Below, piece by piece: positions 1 through 13,807 of a DNA stretch of 64,000 nt (positions are counted from its first letter, which is position 1; every line of letters starts with the position of its first letter). Under the pieces are notes generated by a model. That model saw only the letters and a program-made list of their open reading frames with translations, made no database searches and was not told the origin of the DNA. This stretch comes from Octopus vulgaris (taxonomy: Eukaryota), in the NCBI GenBank assembly GCA_951406725.2, contig OX597838.1:14322001-14386000 (forward strand), written 5' to 3'. The translations under genes were made by a program, and so were the position numbers.

Positions 1-289
1 AGTGAAAATTTGATATGACACGCCCGCGGGAGAACCACTGGCGGTGGTGATGGTGATGGCGGTGTGGAAGTGTGTTTGTGTGTGTGTTTGTGAGTGTGTG
101 TGTATGTGTTGGAGTGACTATGGTTGTGATGGACGTTGTGATGCTGGTGGTGCTGGTGGTGGTGGTGGTAGTGTTGGTGATGGTAAAGTTGTAATGGGTA
201 TTGGTGGTTGTCGAGGCGGTGGTGGTTTGACGGTTAGCAAGTGGTGTGTGTGTGTGTTATTGTATTTATTCTTTCGGATGCTACATGCA

Positions 290-294
290 AACAC

Positions 295-363
<69 letters not shown>

Positions 364-735
364 CGCACATATATGAGTGTGTGTTTACGTATGTATGTGT
401 ATGTATGTCTCTCTCCCTATATATATACTTATGTGCGTGTGTGTATAAATTTGTACTTACATATATACGTGCCTGTGTATGTGTGCGTGTGTTTTGTGTG
501 TGCATAGGTGTGTGTTTGTATTTTTCAGTATGCGATTGCATGTATGTATGTATGTATGTGTGTATGTATATATGTATGCGTGCATGTATGTATTATGAGT
601 GTATGTATGTATATGTGTGTATGTATATATGTGTGTGTGTATGTATGTATGTGTGTATGTATGTATGTATGTATGTATGTATGTATGTGTGTGTGTGTAT
701 GTATGTATGTGTGTATGTATGTATGTATGTATGTA

Positions 736-766
<31 letters not shown>

Positions 767-1060
767 ATTATGTGTGTATGTATGTATGTGTGTGTATGTA
801 TGTATGTATGTATGTATGTATGTATGTGTGTATGTATGTATGTATGTATGTATGTATGTATGTATGTATGTATGTATGTATGTATGTGTGTGTGTGTATG
901 TATGTATGTATGTATGTATGTGTGTGTGTGTATGTGTGTGCTTGTGTGTGTGCATATACAATGTCTGTGTTTCCTCAACGCACTTCTTGTAAATACAAAC
1001 CAAACCTCTATTTTTCGGTGAATCAACCCCCACCCCCACTCGCAGGACCCCACACCACCA

Positions 1061-1105
<45 letters not shown>

Positions 1106-1177
1106 CATTATTATTATTATTATCATTATTATTATTATTATTTATTATTATTATTATTATTATTATCATTATTATTA

Positions 1178-1235
<58 letters not shown>

Positions 1236-1514
1236 CATTATTATTATTATTATCATTATTGTTATTATTATTATTATTATCATTATTATTATTATTATTA
1301 TTATCATTATTATTATTAATATTATTATTATCATCATTATTATTATTATTATCATTATTATTATAATTATTATTAATATTATTATCATTATCATCATTAT
1401 TATTATTATTATTATTGATATTATTATTACCACCATTATAATTAACACACCATCTTCTGTGGTGTAGCTACTAACACAGCAACCACCACTACCACCACCA
1501 CCACCACCACCATC

Positions 1515-1545
<31 letters not shown>

Positions 1546-2017
1546 GCGACAACATTATCATTGTCAACACTATTACCGCCACCCCAATCCCTGTACCCTG
1601 ATTACTACTACGACAGCCACTACTATAACCGTACTTCCCACTACTATCACCACCACCAATACCATCACCCCACCCCCAATAACAACAACAACAACATCAG
1701 CAACAACACCGTCGCCGCGCGGCCCCTAATGTTATCACTGCTATCAATGTTCCAAAGAGAGGTTTCTCGACCTGTTAGAAACCATAGCCAAGACTCCCTG
1801 AAACCACACACTTATCTTCTAAAGAAAAAAGGACACATAATGCAGTGTCGGGCTTTCTGCAGTTAAAAAAAACCCGGATAGGATTGTCACGGTTAGAACG
1901 TCTTTAACCAACCATAGGTCTGATTATTTGGGGCTGACCAGCGGCAAAACAACATCTCCACTTCCTCCTCCTCCTCCTCCTCCTCCACCACCACCTCCAC
2001 CTCCAACTACTACTACA

Positions 2018-2062
<45 letters not shown>

Positions 2063-2102
2063 GCTGTTGCTGCTGCTGCTGCTGCTCCTGCTGCTGCTCC
2101 TG

Positions 2103-2136
<34 letters not shown>

Positions 2137-2145
2137 AACTACTAT

Positions 2146-2200
<55 letters not shown>

Positions 2201-2216
2201 CCTGCTGCTGCTGCTG

Positions 2217-2293
<77 letters not shown>

Positions 2294-2665
2294 GCTGCTG
2301 CTGCTACCACTACTAACCATCTAACCACCACCAACTCCATCACTTCCATTTTCTATATTATACTATCTCCAGAAACACTACGTACGCTTCACGAATACAC
2401 CACTACCACCTCAACACTACTGCCAATACTGTTATCGCTATCTCCACCTGCACACTCCACCACTTCATCCGCGGACGGGGGCCACCATAATTAAGCCACA
2501 ACCCACCATTATCACCACTCCGTTCACCACCACGCACCAATGCCACCGCCGCAACAGCCGTTACTGTCCCACACCACTACGAGATAACTGCCACCAACCA
2601 CCACCACCACCACCACCACCACCACCACCACCACCACCGCCACCACCACCGCCACCGCCACCGCC

Positions 2666-2698
<33 letters not shown>

Positions 2699-2910
2699 AC
2701 CACCACCACCACCACCTCCACCAACCACCATCACCACCATCACCACCATCACCACCATCACCACCACCACCACCACCACCACCACCCACCACCACCACCA
2801 TTACCACCACCACCACCACCACCACCACCACCACCACCACCACCACCACCACCAACCAACCACCAACCGCTGCCACGACGACGACGACGACGACCACCAC
2901 CACCACTTGT
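290..2910. repeat. Compound microsatellite field: (CA)n, (TATG)n, (TTA)n, (CTA)n, (CTG)n, (CCA)n
   Basis: Directly visible. Similar fields at 10720-11840, 19700-20520, 22630-23100, 24750-26110, 31900-32108, 37080-38070, 39190-40310, 43450-44640, 46057-46360, 54355-54800. Confidence 0.97.
1760..1950 (+). mobile_element. Old dispersed repeat (SINE-like); copies at 19345-19528, 55985-56170 and 28495-28850 (-)
   Basis: Shared TGTTAGAAA(T/C)..AGC start and GGTCTG..CTGAC..AACAAC end; heavily diverged. Confidence 0.5.
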
Positions 2911-3186
2911 CTCGCCCACTCTCATCATTGATTTGTCACTAGAACTTTCTTTTATACAAAAGTTGTTCACCCCACGCCACCCGCCCCATCTAATATCCAC
3001 ACTAACACTATCACTCTACCGGATCATTTCACCTTTACCCCCCCCCCACTGCACCATTTCAACTCTAACACCTCCATTCCACCTCCATTCTACTACCTTT
3101 ACTCCGACACCTCCTCTGGGTGATTCATTCGCTACACGTACATACGGTTCCTAACACATACACGTATGTATAAACACACGCTCACT

Positions 3187-3219
<33 letters not shown>

Positions 3220-3220
3220 T

Positions 3221-3264
<44 letters not shown>

Positions 3265-3269
3265 TGTGC

Positions 3270-3382
3270 GTCTGTGTTCGTGTATTAATGTTTCCTCTTC
3301 GCGCCCGCGTAGTGTGAACGGCAAAGTGTTACACAGAAAATACTGGAAATGTATGTATGTATGTATATATACATACATATAT

Positions 3383-3426
<44 letters not shown>

Positions 3427-3690
3427 GTATGTATATGTATATATGTACGTATGTATATGTGTATGTGTATATGTGTGTGTGTGTATGTATGTATGTATAT
3501 TTCCAGTATTTTCTCGGTAACACTTTGCCGTTCACACTCTGTGTATATGGTTCTAATGTACAGAAGACAAGACAGAGACAGGTGAGGGAACAACAAGCAG
3601 GTGTAATAGTTTGACCCTCAGGAAAAATGGGAAAGTCTTTGACGCTTCGAGCTTATGCACTTCGGCAGAAACGGATGAGAAAATAATGGG
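3270..3690 (-). mobile_element. Penelope-like remnant with 39-bp inverted repeat and decayed hammerhead
   Basis: GTGTGAACGGCAAAGTGTTAC..AGAAAATACTGGAAAT (3312-3350) is inverted at 3499-3537. Minus strand CTGCCGA-A-GTGC ATAA GCTC-GAAG-CGTC at 3637-3672. Confidence 0.5.
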
Positions 3691-3692
3691 GT

Positions 3693-3736
<44 letters not shown>

Positions 3737-3744
3737 GTTTGGTG

Positions 3745-3800
<56 letters not shown>

Positions 3801-4665
3801 GAGAGACCTATTTGCAAACACGGTTCGGTTGCTTTGCGTGCATCACAGACAGATTGGCTTTCGACACTTCCGTGCCTGTGGAATTCATCGCCAACCGATA
3901 ATACTCCCAAGCTTGAGCAGCACTGTCAGGCCTGGGAGTTTTAGAAATTATCCATGGGCCTGCTAGCTGATTTCCACCCAAGGGTTTTTGGAAATTATCC
4001 ACACCAGCCAGTTCATTTTTCAAGAGAACATCCCCGCTTGGGTTTGCTCAAAACTAATCCATTACAAAACGCAAACGTGGATCTTCCAACGTCCACAGAC
4101 GGCTGTGAGTGCTTGACGACGTTCCAGATGCCGACTACCCCGTCTCGGTTCTCGCTTGACTGAGGACTGCAGATCTGTCAAGAGTTGGGATAAATGTGTG
4201 TCAGATAAACGGCAATCACACACACACACCTGTTGAGCATCAAGGGGTCACTCGAAGTGTTGCAGCCTCAGCTCATGCCTGTGCGGTATCAACTACAGCA
4301 CAAATTGTCCTTTCTTACTAATTTGGACACGAGGGCAGTAATTTTGAGCGTGGCGAGCTAGTCGAATACATCGAACTCAGTACTCATTATTGACTGGTAT
4401 TTTATTTTATCGATCCTGAGATAGACGAAAGACAAATTTTAACCTTGGTGATATTTTTGAATCCATAGATCAAAACCAAATGCCGTACGGCTTTCCCCAA
4501 CTCAATGTTCTAACGAATCTACTTATCTGATGCCTTCATGGAAACAATGTAGAAAGTAAAGGGTCCGTGTGGAGAAGGGATTGAGAAAAAGAGATTGTAT
4601 TTATAATGTGTTCTACACTTAAGCCTAAAACACTAGAAGGATAGGGAGAACTTTATATATTTATA

Positions 4666-4898
4666 TATTTCTTTACTACCCACAAGGGGCTAAACACAGA
4701 GGGGACAAACAAGGACAGACAAACGGATTGAGTCGATTACATCGATCCCAGTGCGTAACTGGTACTTAATTTATCGACCCCGAAAGGATGAAAGGCAAAG
4801 TTGACCTCGGCGGAATTTGAACCCAGAACGTAACGGTAGACGAAATACGGCTACGCATTTCGCCCGGCGTGCTACCGTTTCTGCCAGCTCGCCGCCTT
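4666..4898 (-). mobile_element. SINE family B (tRNA-like head, Nin/Deu-like core) with 13-bp TSD
   Basis: GGCGGCGAGCTGGCAGAAAC..GTTCAAATTCC..CTTTCATCCTTTCGGGGTCGATAAATTAAGTACCAG; TSD AACTTTATATATT. Confidence 0.9.
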
Positions 4899-5323
4899 AA
4901 CTTTATATATTACTCTTTTACTCTTTTACTTGTTTCAGGCATTTGACTGCGGCCATGCTGGAGCACCGCCTTTAGTCGAGCAAATCGACCCCGGGACTTA
5001 TTCTTTGTAAGCCCAGTACTTATTCTATCGGTCTCTTTTGCCGAACCGCAAAGTGACGGGGACGTAAATACACCAGCATCGGTTGTCAAGCGATGCTAGG
5101 GGGACAAACACAGACACACAAACACACATCCATATACACATATACATATAACTCGAGGATACAAGATTAGTTTAGAGCAAATATAATGAGGGCCATGGCG
5201 GCGAAAATAACATATACACGCACACACACACATGTTTACTTAATCGGCCCATTGATCGGTTGAGTAAACCTATCGATTGTGTAAACATATTAATAATGAA
5301 CTTATAATGATTACTGGAAACAT

Positions 5324-5356
<33 letters not shown>

Positions 5357-5360
<4 letters not shown>

Positions 5361-5737
5361 CTACAAATTCAATATCCCTACATATCTCACATCTATTTCC
5401 TTTCCTACACCTCACTCTCTATTTTGTATCCTATCTAAATAAACTATTACTTAACTATTCTCTCACACCGTCTCCGATGAAGGGATATAATAAATATCCT
5501 GGAAATAGCTGTAAGACCTTCTATCTATAAATGTTCTAAAATCTACTCAGACTTGGGTTTTTTTTTATCTCATTACGAAACATTTTTTTTTAAATACACC
5601 TGCTGACATATGACCAACGTTGAACCCCTTATTCGCAAAATCACCGAACTTGGAACTTAACTATGGTCTATCTATAGCACTTATTCAGCATTACCTGACA
5701 CCTTTGGGTCTCAATGACACCATTACCTCTCATAACC

Positions 5738-5740
<3 letters not shown>
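5357..5740 (+). mobile_element. Penelope-like terminal-repeat remnant in (TA)n
   Basis: Homologous to 27680-28258, contains a hammerhead motif, flanked by (TA)n on both sides. Confidence 0.6.
5470..5517 (+). ncRNA. Minimal hammerhead motif, second copy of the 28134 family
   Basis: GTCT-CCGATGA-A-GGGATAT AATAA ATATCCT-G-GAAA-TAGCTG-TA-AGAC; one substitution in stem III. Confidence 0.6.
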
Positions 5741-5813
<73 letters not shown>

Positions 5814-5898
5814 AGGTTGAAAAGGAACACACGAGTTGATATATATGCAAAAAAAGGTCAAGGTAGAAAATGCTAAAATAATTTTATAAAAAACATTT

Positions 5899-5934
5899 CA
5901 GTACCGGTTTCAGTCATTGAGACTTTTTCAACTG
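5899..5934 (-). ncRNA. Degenerate minimal hammerhead motif
   Basis: Minus: CAG-TTGAAAA-AGTC TCAAT GACT-GAAA-CCGG-TA-CTG; stems intact, core decayed. Confidence 0.4.
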
Positions 5935-6540
5935 TAAGTATGGAAAAAAATTAAATTTTGGAAAAATTAAAAGAAAAGTTTTTTTTTAAAGAATATTTGC
6001 ATAGTGTTCAAATACAAGGGACATTTTCTTTGTTTCTGCCTGTCTCTGTCTCTCTTGTGGGTTCGAGGTCGTTGGGAATTTTTGGTAGGGAAGAAGAAGA
6101 AGAAGAAGAAGAAGAAGAAGAAGAAGAAGAAGAAGAAGAAGAAGAAGAAGAAGAAGAAGAAGAAGAAGAAGAAGAAGAAGAAGAAGAAGAAAGATCAACA
6201 ACAACAACAAAAAAAAGCATTTCATCGTACGAGAGATAAATATTGTATAATTTTAATGTACATGGTATATAGTTATGAGCTACTAATAATTTCATGCATT
6301 GGCGATGTTATCTAGACAAGATTTAATAGCACGCCAAGTGTCTCCGGTTAATCTTCGGGCTCTGAGCACATGGCCTATACAAGTTACAAATCTCTTGTTC
6401 TATTGTCCTGAATTTCAACTTGTAAAGGCCATGCGCTCAGAGCTTGCAGATTACTTGGAAACATCAGGCGTTATTAAAACCTGCCTAGATAATATTACTA
6501 GCTCATAGTTACATATTGTGTACACTAAACAATACCCCCA

Positions 6541-6602
<62 letters not shown>

Positions 6603-6627
6603 TTATATATGTGTGTGTGTGATTATC

Positions 6628-6677
<50 letters not shown>

Positions 6678-6935
6678 ATGCACACATATATATGCACACA
6701 TACACACACACACACACACATACGTATACACGGATGTATTCGACAAGGGAGTCACGTTGCACTTAATGACATTACAACCAATAATTAAGTAGTTAAAGCA
6801 AACGAAAAACCGAAAAAACAAAAGCAAAACTCAACAAAAGACGGTTACAAAAGACGAAATGCAAAACAGATTTGTGAAAGGGAGGGGAAATGTTATACAG
6901 CCGAAAGTGTCTTCTTTTACTTCGTAAAGACAGAT

Positions 6936-7001
<66 letters not shown>

Positions 7002-7489
7002 ACACACACACACACAGAGTCGTAATAGAATAAGCAAAATCTTCGGGAATCTTTCGGAAATCCCTCGTATCTCTGACAGACGACAAATTTCGAACGACAG
7101 GCTAATCACGTGACTTTGATATTTCGTCGTCGAGACGAGTCTCCGGCAGAACGACTACGAGAGAGAAGGAGAAGGAGAGGGAGAGATGGAGAGAGAGAGG
7201 GGGGGAGGGAAAGAGAATGGGAAGCTAAAAGGGGGAAAAAGAGATGAGAGAGAGGGAGTGAGTAAGAAACAGGGGGAAAGAGAGGGAGCGGAAAGCAAAG
7301 GTGAAACAGAGAGAGGAGAAAGAAGGAGTGGGAAGCAAAGGATGAAAGAGAGAGGAGAGGGGAGAGAGAGAAAGAGGGGAGAGAGAGAGAGAGGGAAAGA
7401 GAGTGGGAAGTAAAAAGGGGAAAATAGATGAGAGAGAGGGAATGAGAAACAGGGGGAAAGAGAGGGAGCGGAAAGCAAAGGTGAAATAG

Positions 7490-7520
<31 letters not shown>

Positions 7521-7523
7521 TAG

Positions 7524-7602
<79 letters not shown>

Positions 7603-8025
7603 AGGAGTTGTATTTTCTTATTGAAGAAACCGTGGCAGGTTGATCCCAGCTGAACTCACAGCACGACTTATACCTGCTTTTTGAATTACTCAGGAATATT
7701 ACTCCTTCTACATCACATTCTATGTTTTTTCCCCAGCCCCCACCCGACTCTTCGTCACCCTGTCTCGCATTACACACTCGGTATACGCTGCCATCCCCAC
7801 ATCACCCCAACCAGCATCTCCTTATCTCTGTCTAACCATATTACTATATATATATCACCCAGCCTGTCTCGCTAACAGACGTCTTCTATACATACTCTCT
7901 CTGTACCGTTCTATCAACACTCATACACGCACACATATATCTTTCTATCTGTCTGTCTGTCTGTCTGTCTGCCTATGTATCTGTGTATCATTTTATCAAC
8001 ACACATACACACGCTTAGCCACACC

Positions 8026-8201
<176 letters not shown>

Positions 8202-8261
8202 GCCCTCTGTCTGTCTGTCTATATTCTTTTACTCTTTTACTTGTTTCAGTCATTTGACCGT

Positions 8262-8770
8262 GGCCACATCAACAATAAGGTCGATATAGCTCGTAGGATG
8301 AACTCCTGGATATCAAGAACCTTCCGGTCCAGAGAACAAGGTGTCATCATTCCACCTTTCTCCTCCTTTGTACGGCTACACCTCGAATACTGTTGCCCCT
8401 TGTGGTCTCCCCATACAAAACAAAACATCTCGAAAATTGAATCACCCCAGAGGTCACTCACTAAACAAATTGAAGGCATGTGATCTCGATTACTGGGACC
8501 GCCTTAAAACCTTGAATCTATTCTCTCCAGCATCGCCGCGAGCGGTACATCATTTGCACGATGTGGAGCATATACCGCCAGCATTGCCCAAACTACCTGA
8601 ACATTAGCTTCAAGGTTCATCCAAGGCTGGGACCACGAGCCATACGTCTCCTGCCCAATTCAGGATCACAACATATAGGTAAACTGTGACACAATTTCTT
8701 TTCTTCAACAGGCCCTGTTCTGTTTAACATTGTCTCAAAATTGATGAAAGAGGGAAAAGATCCCATCACC
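8262..8770 (+). pseudogene. CR1-clade LINE ORF2 C-terminal fragment
   Basis: HINNKVDIARRMNSWISRTFRSR..FVRLHLEYCCPLWSPH..IESPQRSLTKQIEGM/DLDYWDRLKTLNLFS, with frameshifts. Confidence 0.85.
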
Positions 8771-8875
8771 TAGAATAAGTACGAGGGTTACAAAAAATAA
8801 GTTCTGGGGTCGATTTGCTCGACTAAAGGCGGTGCTCCAGCATAGCCGCAGTCAAATGACTGAAACAAGTAAAAG

Positions 8876-8929
<54 letters not shown>

Positions 8930-8934
8930 TATAC

Positions 8935-9023
<89 letters not shown>

Positions 9024-9027
<4 letters not shown>

Positions 9028-9260
9028 TAAAAAAACATGCATATATATATACATATATGTACGTACCTACCTCTACATGTATATATACACGCATATATGA
9101 GTACAGGACACCAAAATGAGAAACGAAAACATAGACACAAACCCAAGGAACTGGACATTTTTCTTAAGCAACAAAAAAATAGAGTACAGGACAAATAACA
9201 CAAGGAAAAAACCCCTTCTTCAGTCGCCATGGTTTCATCTACTCTACGTTTCGAAGGTGA
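9024..9260 (-). mobile_element. (TA)n-associated interspersed repeat (PLE-like), second copy at 14810-15070
   Basis: Closely similar copies abut (TA)n tracts; both end at a truncated CGAAACG/CGGAACG hammerhead-like half. Confidence 0.5.
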
Positions 9261-9530
9261 CACAAAATAAGCAACAAGAATGACTCCGGTAATTTGGCAC
9301 GATCGTTTCGTACTACATCATTTAATTAAATGTTGTAAGATTTAAGATGCTGAGATTATAGAGGTTTTCCATTAATACAAAAATTTTCAAATCAAGTGGC
9401 AACATTATAGAGAAGGTAGATATACAGACAAAGATGTAGATTTAAATTTTAAGAACATATGAGGTAGTGAAGTCCTTCCGCTGACTGACCAAGATATATG
9501 TATATATATATATATATATATTTGTATATA

Positions 9531-9930
9531 CCGCCAACTTTGCCCAAACGACCTGAACATTAGCTTCAAGGTTCATGCAAGACTGGGACCACGGGCCATA
9601 CGTCCCCTGCCCAATTCAAGATCACAGCATACATGTACACTGCAACATTATTACTTTTCCTCAAGAGGCCCTGCCCTATTTAACATTGTCCTGAAAGAGA
9701 TCAAAGAGGAAAAGGATCCCATCAACTTTAAACGGAGTCTTGATAGATTCCTTCAAAGAATACCAGATAAGCCACCCCTAATTGGATACAACTCACCCAA
9801 CAAAAACTCACTACTTGAATGGACCATAAACAAAACTTGACTTAAACAGGATTCGAATAATCCTATCAGGTGGTGCTATTAAGTTAGACATGGCCTGGAC
9901 CAATCTTTGGTCGAAACATATCTAAGTTTA
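9531..9930 (+). pseudogene. CR1-clade LINE 3' end (ORF2 end plus 3'UTR)
   Basis: FSSRGPALFNIVLKEIKEEKDPINFKRSLDRFLQRIPDKP..NKNSLLEW..*; homologous to 8575-8770; terminal hairpin GACCA-ATCTT-TGGTC. Confidence 0.8.
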
Positions 9931-11442
9931 TATGTGTATATATATGCGCTACTAACCACACAACACCGATATTGCTATCTGTCAACCTGCCAGTTTTCTT
10001 TTATTTATCCTTCCCTCTCTCCATCCATCAACCCATCAGTCTGCCTGTTTGCCTGTCTTCTTGCCTGTTAGTCTGTCCGTCTGTCCGTCTGTCCGTCTGT
10101 CCGTCTGTTTGCCTGTCTGTCTGTCTCAACGTCACTGTAAGTTCCCATCAGAAGACAACCCTACCGTTTAATAGCCATTTCAATTATTATCGTTGTCTTC
10201 CTTGCAGATCCCACTCTGATGGTGGGAGTTGGGATGGTAGCGAAGGGGGGGGGGGGAACGGGGTGGGGGAAAAAGAGGAAGAATTGTGGTGATGGTGGCA
10301 GTTGGGTGGCGGCGATGCGGTGGTGGTGGCGGTGGTGATGGTGGCGGCGGCTGTGGTGATGAGGATGGGATTGTCTCTTGTTATTCTTTTTCTGAAAATC
10401 CATAAACTTGGCCTCTTAGTCCCGCCAAATCAAATTTCGTCGACCCCCTGGCCGCCGCCCTCATCTCCATTACTTCTACAAACCATCAAATTTCCACCCG
10501 TCGCCGCAGCTCCTCCCATCTTCGGCTTCTTCCTTGTTCTCTACCCCTTTTTTTTTTTAATTCTCTCTCAAATCTTTCTTCTTTCTCCAACCCTAAAAAA
10601 ATATCCAGGCAGATTCTACGTTTAACAGCCCCTCCCCCCGCTTCGCCGCCATCCCCCCACCAGCACTTTTCAGTACTGAAACCAGCATCACCGCCCTTAC
10701 TCTCACCACAATCAACAATGAAACCATCACTACCACCATCCCCATCATCATCATCATCATCACCGCCACCACCATCACCACCAATATCACCACCACCACC
10801 ACCAACCACCACCACCACCACGACCACCATCACCACTACCACCACCACCACCACCACCACCACCACCACCACCACCACCACCACCACCACCACCACCACC
10901 ACCACCACCACCACCACCACCACCACCACCACCACCACCGCCGCCGCCGCCGCCATTACCACCATTATCACCATCATCACTACCACCATTAGTCCCGCTC
11001 CATTACCATCACCACCACTACCACCAACAACAACACTCCCCACCATTATCATCACTACCACCGCTACCACCGCCTCCAAATAAGTACCAGGCTACACCAT
11101 CTTCATCCTCCTCCTCCTCATCATCTTGACCACCTTCACCTCCCGAACGACGGCCATAACGTCTATACAACGACGCTTCCCCCCCCCACCCCCGATTAAT
11201 TACCACCACCACTACCACAATTACCACCAATACGACTTCCAGCGGTGACGACAGTGGTCGCCATCACCACTGCTTGCACCACCACTATCATCGCCGCCAC
11301 CACCACCACCGGTGCCGCTGCCATCGCCGCTTCCGCCACCGCCACCGCCGCCACCACCACCACCACCACCACCACCACCACCACCACCACCACTACTACT
11401 ACTACTACTACCATTACCACTACCACTACCACCATCACCACT

Positions 11443-11476
<34 letters not shown>

Positions 11477-11501
11477 CACTACCACTACCACCACCACCAC
11501 C

Positions 11502-11536
<35 letters not shown>

Positions 11537-11552
11537 CACTAACACTACCACC

Positions 11553-11596
<44 letters not shown>

Positions 11597-11690
11597 CACT
11601 ACCACTACCACTACCACTACCACTACCACCACCACCACTACTATTACTAGTACTACTACTACTACCACTGACACTACCACCACTACCACC

Positions 11691-11722
<32 letters not shown>

Positions 11723-11746
11723 CACCACCACCATCACCACCACCAG

Positions 11747-11809
<63 letters not shown>

Positions 11810-11859
11810 CACCACCACCACCACCACCACCACCACCACTTTCAACAATCTAATTTAAT

Positions 11860-12316
11860 TGCGGATGATCACTGGAAGTAAATCTTTCAAAGACGAAAGG
11901 CGGAGTGTACGACAGACAGACAGACAGTCCATTCTAAAACCAAAGGATAAACGCTGTACGCCCTGCCACCCTGTCGCCCAGCCGCCCTTGTCGCCCTGTC
12001 GCTCTGCCCCGTGCCTCACTCACTCACTACGGAGGAAGGGAAGAAGACGTCGCGTCCGCCTTTTTTCGCTCCTTTTCGCTCCATTGAAAAAAGCGCACGT
12101 CAGTGTAACAATGGCACGAGCGGTGCAGCTGACACGCACAGCTTGACTCGAACCTGCGACCACAGCTGACTGGACATCGGTTTACGAATGACGAACTCGA
12201 ATGTTTGAATGGCGAGCAAGAAGAAGAAGCAAAGAAACAAAAAAAAAACAAAAAACAGAAGAAACGAACAACCCAGTGACCGCAACGAATGGAGTGTGTT
12301 CGAGCGGTCGGTGAGT
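11860..12316 (+). promoter_or_regulatory. Candidate promoter and first exon ending at a 5' splice donor
   Basis: Unique CpG-rich island; TCAGT Inr-like motif at 12100, two CAGCTG E-boxes, donor TCG|GTGAGT at 12310/12311; ATG at 12209 gives 34 codons in phase 0. Confidence 0.45.
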
Positions 12317-12547
12317 TTAACGAATGATTCGTATATAGGGGTGCGAGCATGTGGTTGTGGGTGGGTGTACACACACACATATATACATGCATACATATAC
12401 ATTCGCGTACATACATATACTAACATATGCTAATAGTGTGTGTCTATGTATATGTATGTGCAAACATCCATATGCAAGTATATGTTTGTGTGTGAGTATT
12501 ATGTATGTATGCATGCATGTATGTATCTATGTATGTGTATATATATG

Positions 12548-12609
<62 letters not shown>

Positions 12610-12695
12610 CAAATATATATATATATATATATATATGTACGTCTATCTATCTATCTCTTTCAGCCCCTCACTCTGAATATATATATATATATATA

Positions 12696-13106
12696 GGCGC
12701 AAGAGTGGCTGTGTGGTAAGTAGCTTGCTAACCAACCACATGGTTCCGGGTTCAGTCCCACTGCGTCGCATCTTGGGCAAGTGTCTTCTGCTATAGCCCC
12801 GGGCCGACCAATGCCTTGTGAGTGGATTTGGTAGACGGAAACTGAAAGAAGCCTGTCGTATATATGTATATATATAAAAGTGTGTGTGTGTATATGTTTG
12901 TGTGTCTGTGTTTGTCCCCCTAGCATTGCTTGACAACCGATGCTGGTGTGTTTACGTCCCCGTCACTTAACGGTTCGGCAAAATAGACCGATAGAATAAG
13001 TACTGGGCTTACAAAAGATTAAGTCCCGGGGTCGATTTGCTCGACTAAAGCTGGTACTCCAGCATGGCCGCAGTCAAATGACTGAAACAAGTAAAAAAAA
13101 AAGAGA

Positions 13107-13107
<1 letters not shown>
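12696..13107 (+). mobile_element. SINE family A (tRNA head, CORE-like domain, internal microsatellite, GTAAAAGA tail)
   Basis: GGCGCA(G/A)GAGTGGCTGTGTGG A-box, GGTTCAGTCCC B-box, TTGGGCAAGTGTCTT; many copies in the window. Confidence 0.9.
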
Positions 13108-13153
<46 letters not shown>

Positions 13154-13331
13154 ATCGTTAGCCACTACACACATTTTTTCTCTCCTTGTTTTTTCTGTGT
13201 CCCTTTCTATAGAAGAGCGTAGGCTCGAAACGTAAAAGACTGTTTCTATTCCTGAGCGTTATACTAATAGATAGATAAATAGATAGATAGATAGATTGAT
13301 TGCATTATCCATGAGTGTATTAACAGTTTCC

Positions 13332-13366
<35 letters not shown>

Positions 13367-13438
13367 ACATATTGATAGATAGATAGACATAGATAGATAG
13401 ATAGATAGATAGATAGCTAGATAGATAGATAGATAGAT

Positions 13439-13501
<63 letters not shown>

Positions 13502-13503
13502 TT

Positions 13504-13574
<71 letters not shown>

Positions 13575-13807
13575 TGATAGATAGATACTCTTCACTTCCT
13601 TAATGAAGTACACCAAGACTTCAGATTTTGAAAACCATTAGTTAATTAATTAATTAATTAATTGATTAATTGATTATATTATTTTTGTGAACGAGACCAT
13701 AAAATCATATTCAAGTAAGAGCTATTCTCCAGATTTCCACGTTTGAAATAACAACGTCTCTTTTCCTATAAATTTTTCCGCCGTTAGTTACCACCACGTC
13801 TGTAATT

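Noticed and set aside
4150-4186. Hammerhead candidate CTGAGGA..CAGATCTGTC
   Set aside because: Lacks stem II and GAAA; at best a deleted relic.
9290-9345. Minus-strand GAAACGATCGT palindrome after a hairpin
   Set aside because: No recognisable CUGANGA core, and G at the cleavage position.
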